Source: Octopus bimaculoides | Lineage: Eukaryota | Assembly (NCBI RefSeq): GCF_001194135.2 | Contig: NC_068992.1 | Location: 1,621,644-1,685,566 of the forward strand | DNA: 63,923 bases | Direction of reading: 5' to 3' | In this document: positions 12,301-26,343 of the stretch, in pieces | Numbering within the stretch: the stretch's first letter is position 1 | Layout: the number at the start of each line of letters is the position of its first letter | The notes under the pieces: model-generated | What the model was told of the DNA's origin: nothing | The model's input: the letters and a program-made list of their open reading frames with translations, nothing else | The model's database searches: none | Translations under genes and position numbers: made by a program

Positions 12301-13720
12301 AACATGAAATATCATCATACGTCTAAATACGCAGGTTCATTAAGGACTCAACTATAAACAGATTTAATAACTAATAGCAAAACATTTTAAAGCTGCTAGC
12401 AGTGAGCAGACGTAAGTATCTTGATATATACAATAGCTCTGTCGTGGAAATCATAGTTGTTATCTTTTGTATCAATCAGAAGACAGTTTATGATGAAAAA
12501 TAGGAAAATACAGGGGAGAATGTACAAACGAAAAGAAATGCAAGAAATAAACAAGAGAAAGTGACCAGAAAAATAAAAAGATTATTTTTCCCTTTGAGAT
12601 ATAGACAGCTGCGAACGATCGTGCGAACAACATTAAAAAACAAAGATATACATAAAAATACTTTACATCTAAGGAAATCCAGAAAGATTGTAGAGAGATT
12701 TAAACAAGGTCGACAAGTAAGAAAGAAATGAAATAGAATATTTGAGTAAAGAAAAATAATATAACGCTTGCATGATCTAAAGAATATTTTCGTATCATAG
12801 TCAAAAGTATACCATTAGACATTAAATATATTTAAAATATTGCAATACAATATTTGTGTGTATGTGTATATACATACATTATATACAGATACATAAATAT
12901 ATATGGGTATATATANNNNNNNNNNNNNNNNNNNNNNNNNNNNNNNNNNNNNNNNNNNNNNNNNNNNNNNNNNNNNNNNNNNNNNNNNNNNNNNNNNNNN
13001 NNNNNNNNNNNNNNNNNNNNNNNNNNNNNNNNNNNNNNNNNNNNNNNNNNNNNNNNNNNNNNNNNNNNNNNNNNNNNNNNNNNNNNNNNNNNNNNNNNNN
13101 NNNNNNNNNNNNNNNNNNNNNNNNNNNNNNNNNNNNNNNNNNNNNNNNNNNNNNNNNNNNNNNNNNNNNNNNNNNNNNNNNNNNNNNNNNNNNNNNNNNN
13201 NNNNNNNNNNNNNNNNNNNNNNNNNNNNNNNNNNNNNNNNNNNNNNNNNNNNNNNNNNNNNNNNNNNNNNNNNNNNNNNNNNNNNNNNNNNNNNNNNNNN
13301 NNNNNNNNNNNNNNNNNNNNNNNNNNNNNNNNNNNNNNNNNNNNNNNNNNNNNNNNNNNNNNNNNNNNNNNNNNNNNNNNNNNNNNNNNNNNNNNNNNNN
13401 NNNNNNNNNNNNNNNNNNNNNNNNNNNNNNNNNNNNNNNNNNNNNNNNNNNNNNNNNNNNNNNNNNNNNNNNNNNNNNNNNNNNNNNNNNNNNNNNNNNN
13501 NNNNNNNNNNNNNNNNNNNNNNNNNNNNNNNATATATATATATATATACAGGCCGCAAGGGGTAAATTGTCGCTATTTCCTATGTTAGCTTCGCGGATGT
13601 GCACTGCTTGCTTTATAGTAGGGTCAGTTGGGCATCGTCTGTGACAAAAACAACACCCTGACACTATTCACTCTGCCAGAAATTTGGAAACGACATGCGA
13701 TACTGCTTGACATTGGGTAT

Positions 13721-13797
13721 CAATCTGAGGACGGTACAATCTGAGGACGGTACAATCTGAGGACGGTACAATCTGAAGACGGTACAATCTGATGACC
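13721..13797. repeat. 16-bp tandem repeat CAATCTGA(G/A/T)GACGGTA, about 4.8 units
   Basis: Four full units at 13721-13784 plus a partial unit. Confidence 0.95.
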
Positions 13798-14039
13798 ATG
13801 CAATTTGGAAATAGCAGAGAAAGCAGCAGAGAAAATAAGAAAATAGCAGAGATTTTATACCTAGAGGGAAAAAGAACGCATCTATTTAAACCATAGCAAG
13901 AGGCAACATTGATCTGAATGGACCTTTCCCGCCTTGTTGCCTCTTCCTCATCATGATTATCGGATATTACAGTTTATTATAGATCCAATATTGGTAATTG
14001 GTGTAGTTGTCATATGTATTTTTTTTTAAATGCAGAAAT

Positions 14040-14092
14040 CGAAGTAAAACAGCATGACCGCAGCCACTTGGCTGAAACACATAAATAAATAA
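14040..14092 (+). mobile_element. SINE 3' tail fragment
   Basis: cagcatgaccgcagccacttggctgaaacacataaataaataaata resembles the tail of 54307-54892. Confidence 0.65.
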
Positions 14093-15674
14093 ATATAGTG
14101 TGGCACAAATCTAAAGCACTGCATTCTCTTCACGTAGCACCTATCCTATAAAATCTCCATGCTGCCTACGTAAGACAATTTTAATTTCAATACACCAAAT
14201 TACTGCTTATACTGCAATAATGCACATTGCTGATTCATATTCGGCACATAATACCACTTCTCATTTGTTACTAACAAAACAACGTATAGCGGAGCGAAAA
14301 TAAGCATTTCAAAATCAATATTGAAATTAATCACCAATGACTTAATAAAATAACTATTACGAAGCTACTTAAATTGACATCACTGATGGTAATGGAATAC
14401 AGAGTTTGATTTTTATTCTGAAATTTAATGATTTGTTGTGAAAATATGATTGTCAGTAAAAGAACACTTTTGTGACCTGAAATATTTTGTTGTCTGTAAG
14501 TTGATTTAAGTATATTTAGAATAAATGTGTAATGTTTAATATTGGTTTTGACATATTAATTTTGATTGAGGTACATGTAAGTCTGGTGCGAATCAGCGAA
14601 AGAACTTTTGTTTTATGGTCTAAATCCAAACAAACTTTTCGCTATAATGAATAACTTTTAGAGTTTTGCATTTATTTTAAAGAGTATTATCAAACATAAA
14701 CGGTGCCCTCTAACCATCACAATTACTATCAACGAGATAATCATTTCTCCATAATTCAAAGCAGGATCGGAAATTCTAATTAGAAATTTATGATTTGAAG
14801 GAAAAAGATACTGAGAATTCACACATTTATCAGTTATTTTTACTTAATAAAAAGTTCTTGAAATTCAACTCATTCTTAAAGCCGTACAGCAGTATTTTAT
14901 TCATATTAGAAATCATCAGCATGACATAACCTGTGACTTATTAATGACACGTTTTATGAGGTGGAACATTTCATTAAGCATGGAAGTAATTACAGTATGG
15001 AGGAAATTCGTATAATATGTTTGCTTTGTCTACATAGAACGTTAATAGATTAGGAACTGTGAAATACGTAGGTTGCTCTGTGTACTTACATATAGTGTAG
15101 TAACTGTTTCCAGGAAATTCTGCCTTGTGAAAATGTCTTACAGAAGCTAATAATTTTCGGTTTAGCAACAAACACCATTACAGGCTGTTTTCCGGCATTT
15201 GGTTCAATCTGCTGTTTTTCATGTATAATTGTTTAAATTTTGAGGTCACATGAAACAGGATCACTTTTAATCAAGCATGGTGAAATAACTTTAGAAAGAA
15301 GTTCATGCTATCTATGATCTTTATGAACTTTGCCATCACAAATTTGCATTTACTGACTTTATTTTAACTGTTGACAATTCTGAAAATGCTTTTTTCCAGG
15401 TGAAAACTGGCTTGAATGTGTTTTGCATTTCAAAAATATAAGCAGCTGTGAGAGCAGAAAAGGCAACAAGAGCTCGGATATCATCCTTTGTGGGTGATAC
15501 ACATTACTTAGGCAGTGGAATAAGATCATAGATTTTTTGAAAAAGCTCATCTTTGGTATGAAAGTGGTTGATCAAGAAATGTCAGGGTACCACCTAGAGT
15601 GTATATAACATTTGTTGAAACACTGAGACACTGAGTGTTTCAGAAAGCTCATATACATTAATGTAATGTATATG

Positions 15675-16026
15675 ACAGGTCACAAATTCGGTGTTTATTG
15701 CAGGACGAACGGCTTTTGGAGATCATGTCTGACCTTGCAAAAGAAACAGGGTAAGATTTTGCTGCAGTTGTACCTGATTTACCCGGAAAAAAATTGTCAA
15801 GTTATAAAGAACTTCTACAAATCCTGTTAAGCAGTTTTCGAGCCCTGGGTTATAAACTGAATTTTAAACTCCATTTCCTAAACAGTCATGTGGACTAAAA
15901 ATCATAGTGCTATATGTGATGGACAAGGAGAAAATTTTCAACAAGATATGGAAGCCATGATGATTAGGTGTCCGGGCAGAGGTGACGCAAATATGATAGC
16001 TAACGACTGCTAGTCTCTACAAAGAG
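15675..16026 (+). mobile_element. Decayed DNA transposase C-terminus, probably Chapaev-3/CMC superfamily
   Basis: Translation RSQIRCLLQDE..G*DFAAVVPDLPGKKLSSYKELLQILLSSFRALGYKLNFKLHFLNSHVD* / NHSAICDGQGENFQQDMEAMMIRCPGRGDANMIANDC*SLQR follows the recalled motif GPQIR..KLHFLHSHLD..NLGAVSDEQGERFHQD...RYQGRW...M.ADYCW. Superfamily assignment is from memory. Confidence 0.7.
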
Positions 16027-19000
16027 TTTGCTGTGATTCAAGTTTTTGACTCGAAGCAGCAAAGACAAAATTCATTCCTTCTTGAGTAGCTGAAAATCTA
16101 GTTTGATAAAAAATATCTATCTGGGCGATTAAACATTGTGTGTAATATATTTGTTGGACGATAAAAAACGGTATTTCGTTTGTGTTATTTTCTAATTTCA
16201 GTATTGCATTTAATTCCAAAATTTGAATTTTTTTTTTTTTTTTTTGTAAAAATTGATCCCTATTTAGTAAAAAAATTGACTAATTCCAAAAGGCAACAGA
16301 ATAAAATGTTTCGAATATGTTCCCCTACGAAATAATAAGTCCAGCTGGCCAACCCTATTTCTTACGGACAAACAATGCAATTGTATTTATTTTGAGAGTA
16401 AGCTGTTGAAAGAAGAATTGACGTGATAAAAGAAAACTGTCTGAAGATTTGAAATCAGCATGCCACTTCATTTTGTTCATTTTGTCGTCTCACGCCAGGA
16501 TCGACGTCTCAACTGAACACCTACATATCGGTAATACCATGCTCTTTTATGCTGATTTAAAATTTATTGTATTCGTAACTACGTGGTTGTACCTGTAGAT
16601 CTTCTTCACTGTCACTGTCCACTCCTCACTGACCGAAAAACACATCTAGTACGATCGGGATGACATGGTGTGACTCTTCAGTATTCACACTAAACTATTC
16701 GGCAAATATTTTCACGTTAGACTTTTGGAATGTTTTCAGGGTATCTGTGAGGAGTTTACATTATCGTACCATATCAATTGAAGAGATTAACGCCTAACCT
16801 CATTTTCATTATCAGGCATTTTTCTGTCAATTTAACTTACTTTCATATGGTAGAGAAGAAAACAACATCACTCTGCTTTGTCAAAGTAACAAATACCCTC
16901 CAAGAGCAATCAAGAACAAGCTTTTGAAGCAAGCCTGTTAGATATCTGGAAGAGAATATACCTATTGATTGGTATAGCATAAGGATTAGAGACATTGTTT
17001 TAAGATCTTTGAAAATGCGAGGGAAAGCCTATTATAAATTGAATCTGAACTATTTGTAACGACGAAACCTGAGGCTCATTCTCAAAGACGTTCATGGAGT
17101 TTAGAAAAGTTTATTCCACAGATCTGAAAAAGCAAAATGAACATTGTACCTGATGATTTCGATTATTAAATGGGGTTAATAATGTTCTGTTTGCCTTCGC
17201 TAATTATGTTGAGCATCATCAATATTCTTGTGTGACTTACATTTGAGAGCTTCTCGCTGCTAATCCAATAATGTAAAGAAATCATTATTTCTTACTCCTT
17301 TTTTAGGTTTAGATATCTTCCAGGATTACTAATTGTGTTTCTTTCTTTCTTTGAAGCAGCTTACAAAGCATTTTCTACTCCTACGAAAAAGATTTCTATA
17401 TTAAACTCCCTAAGAGCATCTTGACTATTGGAAGAAAATAGATGCCTGGAATTCTCATAATTCTAGTAAGCTTCCAATATTTTGGCTTCTAAAATGTTTC
17501 ATGGCAAGAAGACTGTTCAAAATCATATGCACTTTTAGAAGAGTTATATGGAATTGATCAATTTCAAAGGATGCATTTTCTTTTTCAGTTTTGACTATGA
17601 CAATGAAATATCGTTCATTCGTGTAGAAGAATGTGTATGGATCTAATGTTTACAGTACTGTATTGTTTCATGATAATTATTTTGATTTTGGCTCCGTGTA
17701 GTCTCTCATACGAATGACGTTTTTCCCGGTTACCAGGATTTCCACTGCTATCTTGTTTACATTAATATGTCAGTCGGATACTCCTTATTATACGAAGCAG
17801 GTAGTTCCAAAGGAAATGCGTTCTTATTATTGAAACAGTTTATCTAGTATTATCTTCTTTGGACAAATTATTTCCCGCAATTTATTGTGTAACGTCCTGG
17901 ATGGCATAGTTTGTTCGACATTGAATTTGTTTAAATTTTCTAGTTTTACAGTATACGTCAGTTTACAAGTTTCTTTGTCAGATTTTGATGTATATATTTT
18001 TGACGATCTTCCTACACATTATGAGATGTGCTCTTATTTTGATAACGTTCAAACAAAATATTTTTCATACCCCGCAAGTAGGCTAGGGAGGTTGTTCATA
18101 GCCCACACGAGTTAGGGAGGTTGTTCACAAAATCAACATGTAAGTTTTGTGCCCAAGAATATATTTTTTGATGAGTTTACTCGTATTTACATTAATTTCC
18201 AGGATGTGTCATCATTTTTGTTGATGTGAGCTTTAAATCCTTCTCAATGAAAAAATCGTAAAGACTTTAGCCTCCCACATATATAGCAATTGGTGCTTCG
18301 GATCGAGATATTAACCTTTAAGTCTTTCTTTCCCCCAACTCTTTGTAGACAACAGTCCTGGTGGAGAATTCTGATCGCTTGGAGTTACTAAAACCTGTTT
18401 ATTTTTTTACAATGCCCATCACAAACCGAGAGTTGTGTTAACTCTGGCGATATGCCCATGTTGTGCCACAAAATAACGGTCACCCTAAGTCCTGAATCCT
18501 CCACGAATATCATTAATGGTGACTCTTTTATAATTCATCTCCAAATACTATGGAATAAGCACGTGAGCAGCAATTTGATATATACTTTTGCGTGGGGCAT
18601 CTGATGTAAAGATGGTATAGGAGTGTTTAAACAGATGCCGTTTACGAATAGAGACGGTTGCAATCAAAATATCTACAAGAATTGTCTCCACCTTTTCTTG
18701 TAAAATCGCCACTGAACTTCCTAAAATTCAGTTAAATTACTTCCCATCACTCCTACGCCTCTCTGATAGATTATGGAACATTGGGACGTGTCTTGTGAAA
18801 ATAATGCTGCCAAAATATTTATTTCAGGGAAATATTCACCAACACATTTCTGTTTTGTTCCGCCATAGCTACGTCACATTAGACTCTATATAAAATTCTA
18901 TGATGCGATATGTTTTTTTCATGCGATATGTATCTATTTTTATATAATAAAAAAAAAAGTTATTTTCAATAACAGCGTTTGGTACGTGCTGTTACCGTAT

Positions 19001-20283
19001 TCCATGCATCTAATAATTATATATCTATTATTCAATTTCTACAAGTGTTGTAAATAGCGAAGCAGCATGGAATGCAACATGGAATGCAACGATCCTTAGC
19101 AACATGAAATGCAGTAATTGCTTCAACTCTCTAAGTCCTAAAGTTGAAATCTGATAACTTAACACTATCTTCGCCATGGAACAGGGAGTTAAATACAAAT
19201 ATTTAAGTTGCATTTATTTTAATTCAGTAAGTTTAACGGAAATAGACACATGTCTGATATTATGTACTAATTTGCCTGTATTTCAATAAATTATATTATT
19301 TGGAGTAGGACTCCCAAATAAGAAGACAGACGGATGAACTATAATGTGGATTTGATTTGATCTCTTTAAATTCTCATTTGAAATATCGTCGCGTTTATAT
19401 TTACCGTCTCACGGAAATAGACATTGCATCTTAAAATCTGTGATGTGGTGCATAAAGCTCTAGTCATAATGATTCGGTGTATGTACTTTAATCCCAAGAT
19501 GATTCACTTATTCCTGATGTCACAAACCAATATAAAGTATTTCTAGCAATTTCAAGCTGAGAATATCCGGATGTTGATATATATGACGGTTGTAGTCATT
19601 CATCGCGATTGCATAATTGAATAAATGCTGTAATTCTATTGACTGAAGTGCTTAACCATGATTTTCAGACATTGACTTATGATCTTCTGTTCACGGAGGT
19701 GCGATGGAGTTTGGGGCTAGATCAATAAATGGGGTATACATAATTTGGGGAAGGGTCTGGGGGCTAAAGTGTTTGTGTTTACGTGTGTTTCGGTGTGTAT
19801 GGATGTCTATGTTCGTGTGTGAAATAATGAACATTGGGAGGAGTGAAGTGGTCAATTCTGGGGTAGATATGAAGGTTTTTCGGTTGTTTCGGAAAATGCA
19901 TGGTGGAATGCAAAATGTTGGAGGGAAAACTTCGAAGTCACTGACGTTCGTCTTGTATTTCTGTCTAACGAAATGTTTGAAAATGTAGAGACTATACTAC
20001 ACTTCTTCCAATTCACTTGCGTTAATATTTCTTATCACAAGATCATAGTTTTCGGTGTTATTGATGTGTCTTATAANNNNNNNNNNNNNNNNNNNNNNNN
20101 NNNNNNNNNNNNNNNNNNNNNNNNNNNNNNNNNNNNNNNNNNNNNNNNNNNNNNNNNNNNNNNNNNNNNNNNNNNNNNNNNNNNNNNNNNNNNNNNNNNN
20201 NNNNNNNNNNNNNNNNNNNNNNNNNNNNNNNNNNNNNNNNNNNNNNNNNNNNNNNNNNNNNNNNNNNNNNNNNNNNNNNNNNN

Positions 20284-20498
20284 ATATATGTATATACATG
20301 TGTACATATGTATATAATATATACCTATGTATATAAATATATATATTTATGTATATACATGTATGCATTTGTATATATATATATGCATATATATATGAAT
20401 ATATATATGTATATTCATATGTGTATATATATATGTATATATATATCTATATATATATATGCATATATATGCATATATAGGTAGATAGATACATAGAC

Positions 20499-20582
<84 letters not shown>

Positions 20583-20615
20583 GGATGGATGTATACATGC
20601 ATGTATGTATGTATG

Positions 20616-20650
<35 letters not shown>
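20284..20650. repeat. Compound (TA)n/(TAGA)n/(TATG)n microsatellite
   Basis: Directly visible; follows gap 20077-20283. Confidence 0.95.
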
Positions 20651-20652
<2 letters not shown>

Positions 20653-22219
20653 GTATTTGTTTTCATACTTTCCAGTACAGATGAAAAAAACCAAAATTAA
20701 TGTTCGAGAGTGAACGTTGAGTGAACGCCAAGTTCTGAAGAGTTCTAAGAACAATGATTTTGTAAGATATCAAACGCATGTTTCTCTCTGTACTTAGCTA
20801 TAGAGCATGTCGAAATGGGAAAGATTAATTTCCACTCGAACAATAGGCAATATCCTGCTATCAGACTCTAAGATAATTGTTGTACGTTCTATCGTAGAAG
20901 AGAAGAAATTTTGTGAATTGCTTACGTCGACCTTGGATCTCACCCAAAATATTCATTTGCAATTTAATTCAAACTGATTATTACAAAACCTGCAGAGTAC
21001 TTTTGCGTCAGTATACATATCATATTTGTATTCGCTTATAACTTCACCCTTTCTGCAATCCTTTATAAAATGTACGAAATGGCTTTCTCTTTTCGATTCA
21101 CAAATTTGCGCAAAGGTGGTTTGTGATTGTGAATTACAGAAAGCGTATAGAGATATCAGTGGAGGCAGGAACCAAAAGATTTGAGTAGCATCTATGTAAG
21201 TGCGCAATTAATCCGAATAATATATACGTGAGCAATGAAAATTCTTCGAACATCTTTTGGAGGACGTGGATTAAGTAAAATTTGACACCCCACATATACC
21301 CCACATATGCCCCAGGGATGAAATCTGTCTAACTGGAATTGTCATTGCGCAACATCACAAATTGCTTTGAAGAAGGAAATATGAATACTGTTAATCCACA
21401 TCCAAATATAGGAATACCACCATACAACCATTTATATTCTGGACTGCTTAAATTATGCTGCTCTCTATGTATTTTTCATACAGAAATTTAGTACCACATA
21501 TAGGTTAATATGCATGGCACTTGTGAGGGTTAGTAAAGTAGCACATTCGTTACAGTAACACCTACATTACCTAGTGCCATTCCTTGATATTCGGAGTTCA
21601 AAGAACTACAAAGTTAAAATATTCCTTTTTCCTTCCGCTGTCCTGAAAAATCAAGGTGGCATGTACGACGGTCGATTGAATTGAATTTCCCCCTCCATTA
21701 CAAATCTGTAATCTTGAATCAATATAAAATCAATATACTGTATTAGTCTCATGCAACTTCACAGGACCCACAAAGATAATGTTAACATTCGTTTCTTTAT
21801 TATATTTTCTGGGTTCCAGCTGAAGATTACAATGATTAAAACGACATAAACAAGTGTATGAAAGAGACCGTCTGCTATTTAGTTCGCAGTTCTCGCCTTT
21901 AAATATATATAAGCATATATTAGTCGACATTAACAGCTTCTAGCATAATCGTAAAGTGTATATTATTCTTTTGTGCTTAAAAGTAATATACATATACACC
22001 AACTAATATAGGTATATGGGTACGTGTTGGTGTGTGTGTACATGTTTATATACGTGGATTTATATCTCTAGCAGTGTGTGCATGTGTGTATGGAAGTGTG
22101 TGTATGTGTGTAAAGATGCGAGTATACAATTTTCCGTTTATACAAAGCTAATCAATTGTATGTATCCATAAATAAATGTTAGTATTAATGCTCAAATATT
22201 AAAAATCATTCATGTATGA

Positions 22220-22445
22220 AGGTTTCTCTTAATATATCTCCATTTATGTATACAAGCACATACACAAAGGCAAAGGAATAATAAACATACACAAACACAC
22301 ATGTATGTTTGTACGCATATATATGTGTGTGTGTATGTAATTTTGTGTGTGCGTGCGTGTGTGTGTATATGCATGCTTATATAGGCCTCAATGTGTGTAT
22401 ATGTGTGCGCAGATGTCTTTACGATCGTTTGATCAACATTATCAG

Positions 22446-22490
<45 letters not shown>

Positions 22491-22726
22491 TACATTTACA
22501 TTTATAACAATATCTAAAGTTATATATACGTTTATACATTAAGTTATCTCTGAATGAGTTTGGGTAAAGGTGTGTATATTCATTTAGAATCTTCGTAATA
22601 GGACTATATATAGTTATGATAAAATCTACATTAATATACATACATAGATACACGCATGCACATATATGCACATGTATACACATACGCACGTACTCATATA
22701 TACAAAATATTAACACAAATATCAAG

Positions 22727-22758
<32 letters not shown>

Positions 22759-22798
22759 GCACACATACACAAATATATCCAGAAAAGTATGTGTACGC

Positions 22799-22839
<41 letters not shown>

Positions 22840-23018
22840 TGTGTGCGCCCGTGTGTGTGTGTGTCTAATCATCTAATATCCGTATGTAAACAAATATGAA
22901 TCGATTGAAAAATTGGATATATCCCAATGGGAATGTGAAGTTACATACACACATACGTAGTTATATGCATACATACATATACACACACATACACACACAC
23001 ATACATACATATATATAA

Positions 23019-23054
<36 letters not shown>

Positions 23055-23576
23055 CTACGCATACGTACGTATATCATTGTATGTATTTGGGGATGTATCT
23101 ATATTTTAGGATTTGTTTTGCTACACGCATGATATTAAACATTAATATTTACCATAGCTATTTATTATTGTCCATGATATTTGTGTTGTTTTATGCTGTA
23201 GAAAGTCTTGTCTCTCTGAATAAACCATCCCTTTTTACAGGAAGTTATTATATTACTATAGTTCTGTGTTACCTTTGTTTCACACATTCTACTTTGACCT
23301 TTCTATAATAATTTCTGGAAAATTGAGATAATTTAAAGGAATATGAATATGATCGATTTATTGAACATAGTAAGCGGCCGTCTGTGTGAAGAGGTCAAAT
23401 ATAATCGAATAACTTATAGATATTATTTAGATATATAACAACGTTGCTTACAGTAAAAAAATCAGGTTATATCAGTCTGTTAGAAAATATAAACCACGCA
23501 TAATGAAACGCACACTCAAGCAGACATATAAATATGAACGAAGATCTATCTATCTATCTATCTATCTATCAACACA

Positions 23577-23635
<59 letters not shown>

Positions 23636-23884
23636 GTATATATATGCATGTATATTTAAATCTATGCATAAGTATGACAGTCCTTGTTCTTAAGATGAAG
23701 GAGAAGCAACGCATATATCCACATACGTGCGCACGCAATCATGGATACACACATGTAAAACGCAGACATTTGCGTATGTTAAACATCTTTATATGATCTT
23801 TTCCGCTAAAGGTACTGCTTACTAAATGTATGCTTGTGCATACATACATTTGTGTGTGTCCGAAAGTGTGCATACGGAGAGAGA

Positions 23885-23932
<48 letters not shown>

Positions 23933-24305
23933 TCTTTAAATGCAGTTATATATTTAACTTTATATGTTAATATGTATTTAATGGAATTTACATAAATATA
24001 AATTCACGCACATACATAAATGCATATAAACAGACCCGTATATATATATATATATATATATNNNNNNNNNNNNNNNNNNNNNNNNNNNNNNNNNNNNNNN
24101 NNNNNNNNNNNNNNNNNNNNNNNNNNNNNNNNNNNNNNNNNNNNNNNNNNNNNNNNNNNNNNNNNNNNNNNNNNNNNNNNNNNNNNNNNNNNNNNNNNNN
24201 NNNNNNNNNNNNNNNNNNNNNNNNNNNNNNNNNNNNNNNNNNNNNNNNNNNNNNNNNNNNNNNNNNNNNNNNNNNNNNNNNNNNNNNNNNNNNNNNNNNN
24301 NNNNN

Positions 24306-24345
<40 letters not shown>
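22220..24345. repeat. Cluster of (CA)n, (TG)n, (TA)n, (GA)n and (TCTA)n microsatellites
   Basis: Directly visible; includes gap 24062-24305 and explains the ORFs called here. Confidence 0.9.
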
Positions 24346-26245
24346 GCATATAAATGTTTGTATCAGTATACGTGTAGATGTCTATGCGTACTAGTTTGTG
24401 ATGTACATATCCATAATATTGATTTATTTTGATGAGGCAGAATGCCAATATTCAAAGACGAGAAGGAAAGCCAGCTAAACCAACACAATAACACTGGTCT
24501 TACTTGATTTATTGATCAAGGAATGTTGAGCAGTAAATTCCATCACCGTGAATGATCCATGTGGAACCACATGGATTTAAACACAATGTGTTTTATAGCA
24601 CGCTATGCACGGCAATCTTCATCGATGACCTTGAATATTCATATTTCAATCCGCAGGCAAATGCCAGTAATCTTCTCCTTTTTTGCAGTTTTAGATTATC
24701 TTATTTTGCGTATTACGAAGAGATAATAACTTATAGAGATTCCAAAGCATTCACCATTTTAAAACTGTTTTATAATTTATTGTATAACAAACATCGTATA
24801 CATCCTGTATTAAGTCGACGCTTTTACAGTCTCCAAACTTTTCCCCATATCGTATTGTTTTGTGTGAAATATGCATCACCCCATCATGTAATGAGATGAA
24901 TAAGTATCCGTGTATCATAGATGAATAATTGCATCTCATACTTTTTTTATTCTACCATATTACATCAAATAAGCGTAATGCGTAACAGTTTTTTCTTGTT
25001 ATTTATTTATTCATTTATTTAAAATCTTGTTCATCATATACACATTGCGAATGGAATGTATATTAACATAATCGATTTTCCAATTCTGTAATTCTGAAGA
25101 GCTTGTCCACATAAAAAGCATTTAGGAAACTAGTTTCATATTTTCCATTTCCTCACTACCTATGAACGATTATATTTTTGTTCAGAGGGATTTCATGGAT
25201 CCTACATATTTAGCTGCTTTCACGAAAAGAATATTATAATTCTAACTTGATTCAAATAATGCTTCCATTAATCCCACGTAGAGCAGAGTTATTCGAGAGA
25301 CTGGGTACAGATAATCTCCAAGCAAATTAAGTCTGTTGTTTGAATGAAATGTCTTTCGCTGATATCTGGGATATTCAGAGCTTTTATTGTTGAAAGAAAC
25401 AGTAGATTGCTTATATTTCTTCGAAGTTTTGTAATGAACTATGCAAGAATACAAGGCAATCAACCATGTTGTCCAAACCCCTGAATTTCTCTACTTTATT
25501 AAAACTAAGAAACTTCAGCTGTATACCAACACCAAAACACGCAATGTATCGTCAACTAGATACTAATTTGAAATATTCTCTACATTTTTAGCTTAATGCG
25601 TTAACATGAATTTTCCTTGGAAAAAAAATTCAGTGAAAAGAGTATTTGATCTCAGTGAACTTATATTTTTATTAAGTTACACGAACATATAAGTGAAATT
25701 GAAAAGTTCACTGTGAACACTTCTAATGAATTTACCGTTGCGTATTCATTTGTATAGTTGTTGTTTCTAAACGAAAATATATCCGGTTTTGCACCACAAG
25801 CTATAAAATAATATTTATAAACAAAAATTGTTTTAAGTCATGTACGAACATGTACACACACACACAGAGACATCAGTAACATTAACTCAGTCAACCGAAT
25901 GATAACAAGTTAGTTCACCTAAGTATATTCAATTGGTCTGTTCGTTGTTTCTGTGTTTATACGTCTACATATAATATATTCAAATGTGTGTGTGCGCGCG
26001 TGTGGAGGTGGGGGGTAGGGATGGCGGTAAACATTTTTACAATAAAGTTTTCAGCGACAATCATTCTTCTCTTTGATTTGTAAAGTTTTAGTGATATATG
26101 TCGAATAATATTATCGATTTATATCAGTGTGTGCGTGTGTATGAGTATGAGTGAGTTAGTGGTTCTGTGTGTGTGTGTGTGTGTGTGTGTGAGTATGAAT
26201 GTATATGTATATATATATATTTAAACACAAAAGAAGTGAACCTTA

Positions 26246-26343
26246 ACAGGTCGCCTTACATACTATACGGAACAGTCAAAAAGGCCAGACCACAGTTATA
26301 TATGCATATATATGACTTCCTTCTAGTATGTAAGGCGACCTGT
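26246..26343. mobile_element. 98-bp MITE with perfect 20-bp TIRs and TTA target duplication (PIF/Harbinger-like)
   Basis: acaggtcgccttacatacta (26246-26265) is the exact reverse complement of 26324-26343; TTA at 26243-26245 and 26344-26346. Confidence 0.75.

Noticed and set aside
13898-13945. Perfect 11-bp inverted repeat aagaggcaaca/tgttgcctctt
   Set aside because: About one such repeat is expected by chance in 64 kb, and there is no other support.
14974-15560. Protein-like minus-strand stretches (e.g. SALTAAYIFEMQNTFKPVFTWKKAFSEL)
   Set aside because: No family motif recognised and several stops; probably an old repeat but not assignable.
18340-18720. Decayed minus-strand frames with HLYIRCP and SDQNSPP motifs
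   Set aside because: Only a faint resemblance to a LINE zinc knuckle; too degraded to call.
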